Assembly: GCA_964400605.1 (NCBI GenBank)
Contig: CAYNUH010000002.1
Coordinates: 58,866 to 122,865, forward strand
Source: an uncultured Acidobacteriota bacterium
GTDB lineage: Bacteria > Acidobacteriota > Polarisedimenticolia > JACPZX01
DNA: 64,000 nt
Direction: 5' to 3'
Part shown: piece after piece, positions 61,073 to 64,000 of the stretch
Position numbering within the stretch: the stretch's first letter is position 1
Layout: each line of letters starts with the position of its first letter
Translations under genes and position numbers: made by a program
Notes under the pieces: generated by a model
Told to the model about the DNA's origin: nothing
Database searches by the model: none
The model's input: the letters and a program-made list of their open reading frames with translations, nothing else

Positions 61073-62329
61073 TCAGGCCGCGGCGGAGGCCGCCTCGTGG
61101 GCGGCGAAGGCCCTTCTGACCTGGCGCTCGAACCTCCAGGCGAACATGCGGGACATCGCCCTCAGCTTGATCTCCTTCCTCCAGTAGCGCCGCGGGTTGT
61201 CCGTAAGCCACCGGCATTCCTCCGGCAGGAGTACGAGGCTGACGTGGATGTTGGGGGCGACGCCGATGGGGAGGCCGCGCTCCATGCAGGATTCGTAGAG
61301 CCGTCTGAAGACCGGCACTAGATCCTCCGTGCGGGGCGGCGGGACGTCCTCGTAGTCGGTCCCCTTCAGAGGCCGGAAGACGCACACGGTGGGGATGGCC
61401 CCCACGCTGGTGATCCAGTCGATGGCCGCGATGGAGGATTCGGGCTTCTCCAGCCCGGCGATGATCTCGCCGTTGGACACCCACGGGTCGAAGCCGCCCT
61501 TGCGGCCCAGCCTGGCGCAGTAATCCACGGCGGCGAGGTACCGCTTCAGGCCGTACTGGCGGTGTTTGCCGGGGCAGACCTCGATGAAGCGTTGCGGATC
61601 GAAGATCTCGAAGCAGAACGAGACCCGGTTGGCGCCCATCTCCTTGAGGGCGTCGTACCGGCGCAGGTCGTGGTGCGGGGGCGTCTGCACGCCCACCAGC
61701 AGCCCCGTCTCCTTCTTCACGCGACGGATGTAAGGCTCGAGGATGTCGAGGTAGGTGTCGCCCTCGTAGTGGCCCGTGTTGAAGTCCACGTAGGTGATAC
61801 CGGATTCGAGCCGGGCCGCGTGCACAACCTCCAGCACCTCGTCCACCGATTTCGTGTCCGCGTCGTCCACCCCGAGGTTCAGCCCCACGGAGCAGAACTT
61901 GCAGTTCTCCTTGTCGGGCTTCGCCAGCCAGTACTCGCACACCTTGGCCGGGTAGACTCCCAGGTACGTCCCCTGCAGCGAGCCGATGCGCGTCATCGGC
62001 TTGCCCGTGGAGGTCTGGCGGTCGTACCAGCCCGGCCGCGGCGAGAGGGTGACGGGGGCGATGGGTTCGGCACCCCTGAAGAGGGTGTACCGGCCGTCGG
62101 CCCTGTGCAGCACGTACGCCGAGCGGGAGGCAAAATCCTCGCAGACCGGCACGTTGGTCCACAGCCCGCCCGGCAGGACCAGCTCCAGCCCGCTGCCCAA
62201 CCCGGCGCGGGTGCGCATGATGCCGCGCCCGCCGTCCTCCTCGATAAAGCAGGAGTCGTCGAGCCGCATCCCCTTGCAGTAGAGGTCCAGCTTGAGGAGC
62301 GCGGGGTTGGTGCGGACGTCGGTGTCCAT
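61073..62329 (-). CDS. putative radical-SAM/TIM-barrel Fe-S enzyme with a non-canonical Cys triad (CX11CX2C)
   Basis: C-EYWLAKPDKEN-C-KF-C followed by Gly-rich and other SAM-radical-like blocks. The family assignment is tentative. Confidence 0.4.
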   Translation of the reverse strand: MDTDVRTNPALLKLDLYCKGMRLDDSCFIEEDGGRGIMRTRAGLGSGLELVLPGGLWTNVPVCEDFASRSAYVLHRADGRYTLFRGAEPIAPVTLSPRPGWYDRQTSTGKPMTRIGSLQGTYLGVYPAKVCEYWLAKPDKENCKFCSVGLNLGVDDADTKSVDEVLEVVHAARLESGITYVDFNTGHYEGDTYLDILEPYIRRVKKETGLLVGVQTPPHHDLRRYDALKEMGANRVSFCFEIFDPQRFIEVCPGKHRQYGLKRYLAAVDYCARLGRKGGFDPWVSNGEIIAGLEKPESSIAAIDWITSVGAIPTVCVFRPLKGTDYEDVPPPRTEDLVPVFRRLYESCMERGLPIGVAPNIHVSLVLLPEECRWLTDNPRRYWRKEIKLRAMSRMFAWRFERQVRRAFAAHEAASAAA

Positions 62330-62797
62330 TCAGTACCCCTGCATTCTCCTGACGAGGTCCCGCCGCTGCGCCGGCGGCATCATGCGGTCGGTCATGGGGT
62401 AGAGGATCCGCTCCTCCTTGACGTTGTGCTCGTGCAGCAGCGCCACCAGCGCCGAGCGCAGCGATTCGAACTCCGCCGGATCGGGCTCCGTGGAGGCGAA
62501 GAGGTCCTTCATGAGATCGAGGAGTCTCTGGATTTCGGCGTGCTCGTGGCGCATCACCTCGGTGGGCCCTCCCTGATCGAGTCCGGTGGCGCCCTCGAAC
62601 GCCGGGAAAAGCAGTTCCTCCTCAATCCTGATGTGGCGCAGCAGGCCTTCTCTGAACTCCGAGAACCGGAGGCCCGCGCCCGCCATGTCCGATCGCGCGG
62701 CCTGGCTCCGGCAGGCTTCCATGATGCCGTCGAGCCGCCGGTGGTCGCCGGACAGGTACTCCATGACGGTCGCCGTCTGCGTTGTCGTCTCTGTCAT
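62330..62797 (-). CDS. hemerythrin-like (HHE cation-binding) domain protein
   Basis: 155 aa after a GGGAGGG ribosome-binding site. H...HxxxE...H...HxxxE pattern (DHRRLD, HIRIEEELLFP, HEHAEI, HEHNVKEE). Confidence 0.6.
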   Translation of the reverse strand: MTETTTQTATVMEYLSGDHRRLDGIMEACRSQAARSDMAGAGLRFSEFREGLLRHIRIEEELLFPAFEGATGLDQGGPTEVMRHEHAEIQRLLDLMKDLFASTEPDPAEFESLRSALVALLHEHNVKEERILYPMTDRMMPPAQRRDLVRRMQGY

Positions 62798-63069
62798 CTC
62801 GTCCCTCCCCGGGATCTCCGTCCCGTGTTCCGCACAAGCTACGGCCGCCGGCGGCGGGGGAGGTATGACACCGGTCATAGGGAAGCCGCCGGTGGATCGT
62901 GGGGATGGCGCGGATGCGCCGCCGGTCGATCTTGGGTCATGCGGCGAGGCGGGCCGGCCCGGAGTGGGGCAAACGTCGCTGTCTGAGGGTTTTCGCGCGG
63001 GCTGGGCGGGCATTCCCCCTCCGAGGATTGATGTCAGATCCCTACGCTAGCAAGGGGCGCGCCAGGAGT

Positions 63070-63774
63070 TCAGCCTTCCGAGGCGATCTTCTCGAGGGCC
63101 GCACGGTCCGCGATGACGAACGAGGTCCGCTCCGTGAGAATGAGCCCCTCCTTCCCCCAGCGGCTCATGACGCGGATGGCGGTCTCGATGGTGGTGCCCA
63201 CCATGTCCGCGATGTCCTGCCGCGAGAGGGCCAGGGGGATGACCGTCCGGGATCCGTTCTGCACTCCCATCCGGTCGGCGAGCTTCAGGAAGAGCGACGC
63301 GATCCGGTACTCCACGCCGCCCGAGGTCATCTGCGCTAGTTTCTGCGTCAGCTCCACGAGGCGCCTCGTGAGGCCCAGCAGAAGACCCCGGGCGATCTCG
63401 GGATGTTTGGCGATGAGGGAGAAGAAGTCCCGACGTGCGATGCTGAGGATCTCGGTCCGCTCCAGCGCCAGCGCGCTTGCGGGAAAGGGGCGTCCCTCGT
63501 AGGCCGCCACCGCGCCGAAGGGGTCGCCGGGGCCGAAGATCTCGAGGATCAGTTCCTTCCCGTGCGGCGCGAACTTCACGATCTTCACGCGTCCCGCCAC
63601 GACCGTGTGGAACCGCTCGGAGGGGTCCCCCTCGCGGAAGACGGCGTCTCCCTTCTGGTACCGCCGCACGCGGACATAGGGGGCCAGCCGCCTTCGCTCC
63701 TCCGGCGGCAGCGCGTTGAAAGGCGGCGTCGTTCGCATCGCTTCCTCTTCGCTCCGCGGCTTCTCTTCGGGCAT
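63070..63774 (-). CDS. Crp/Fnr-family transcriptional regulator (cNMP-binding plus HTH)
   Basis: cNMP-binding beta-roll, and a C-terminal HTH (RQDIADMVGTTIETAIRVMSR). Start is at 63774 or 63738. Confidence 0.75.
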   Translation of the reverse strand: MPEEKPRSEEEAMRTTPPFNALPPEERRRLAPYVRVRRYQKGDAVFREGDPSERFHTVVAGRVKIVKFAPHGKELILEIFGPGDPFGAVAAYEGRPFPASALALERTEILSIARRDFFSLIAKHPEIARGLLLGLTRRLVELTQKLAQMTSGGVEYRIASLFLKLADRMGVQNGSRTVIPLALSRQDIADMVGTTIETAIRVMSRWGKEGLILTERTSFVIADRAALEKIASEG

Positions 63775-63900
63775 GACGCAGATCATACCGGGCGGCCCTC
63801 GAGCGCGCCATTCTCCGCACGCCGGACAAGGGTGCGTGCGACCGCCGTGCCGTATCACCCGGCGACTCGGCCGCGCGGACGGATTCCAGGAGGCCGTGGC

Positions 63901-64000
63901 ATGAAACCAGGAACCATCGTGGCCGCGCTCGTCGCGGCCGCGCTCGCGCTCACCGCGTGCGGCGGCTCGAGGCCGGCGAGCCTCACCAGCGGCGTGATCG
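63901..64000 (+). CDS. lipoprotein, N-terminal fragment (continues beyond the window)
   Basis: MKPGTIVAALVAAALALTACGG lipobox. Confidence 0.4.
   Translation, partial: MKPGTIVAALVAAALALTACGGSRPASLTSGVI

Overview
This is a high-GC (~70%), gene-dense chromosomal window from an anaerobic or facultatively anaerobic bacterium that is rich in multiheme cytochromes and sigma-54 regulation. A Myxococcota/Deltaproteobacteria-like lineage (for example Anaeromyxobacter-like) is a low-confidence guess from composition and gene content only. All calls are made by eye from the supplied six-frame translations and the sequence. Protein family names rest on motif recognition, not on database searches.

**Housekeeping core, roughly 3.6-11.6 kb:** aldo/keto reductase, yicC, gmk, rpoZ, coaBC, a family-4 uracil-DNA glycosylase, a SpoU/TrmJ-type RNA methyltransferase and priA.

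**Energy-metabolism modules:**
- A CoA-transferase / four-subunit-type 2-oxoacid:ferredoxin oxidoreductase operon (delta, alpha, fused beta-gamma) followed by NADP-malic enzyme. It sits behind a near-consensus sigma-54 promoter.
- A second sigma-54 promoter drives a membrane GcvH-like protein, a four-cluster FeS subunit and an NrfD/HybB-like membrane subunit. Its own sensor kinase and NtrC-type activator follow.
- A fused NfnA-NfnB-like oxidoreductase sits in an operon with a rubrerythrin-like protein, a HEAT-repeat protein and OsmC.
- Two tandem GAPDH paralogs are followed by a Rieske / cytochrome b / nine-CXXCH cytochrome c complex.
- ccmF lies in an operon with a PAS histidine kinase, a tetraheme cytochrome c and an NtrC-type regulator.
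- A nine-CXXCH cytochrome c plus a b-type cytochrome (Cbc-like) lie upstream of a globin-coupled histidine kinase.
- A response regulator / histidine kinase / response regulator triplet sits divergent from a membrane hexaheme cytochrome.

**Most unusual locus (about 42.8-51.5 kb, minus strand):** ECF sigma factor, then a membrane Ser/Thr kinase overlapping it, then a secreted TPR-CHAT (caspase-like) protein, then a membrane-anchored unknown protein, then a secreted HExxH zinc metalloprotease. This looks like an undescribed envelope signalling and proteolysis module.

No rRNA, tRNA, CRISPR array or obvious transposase was seen. Many of the long ORFs in the track are antisense or alternate-frame artefacts of GC-rich DNA.
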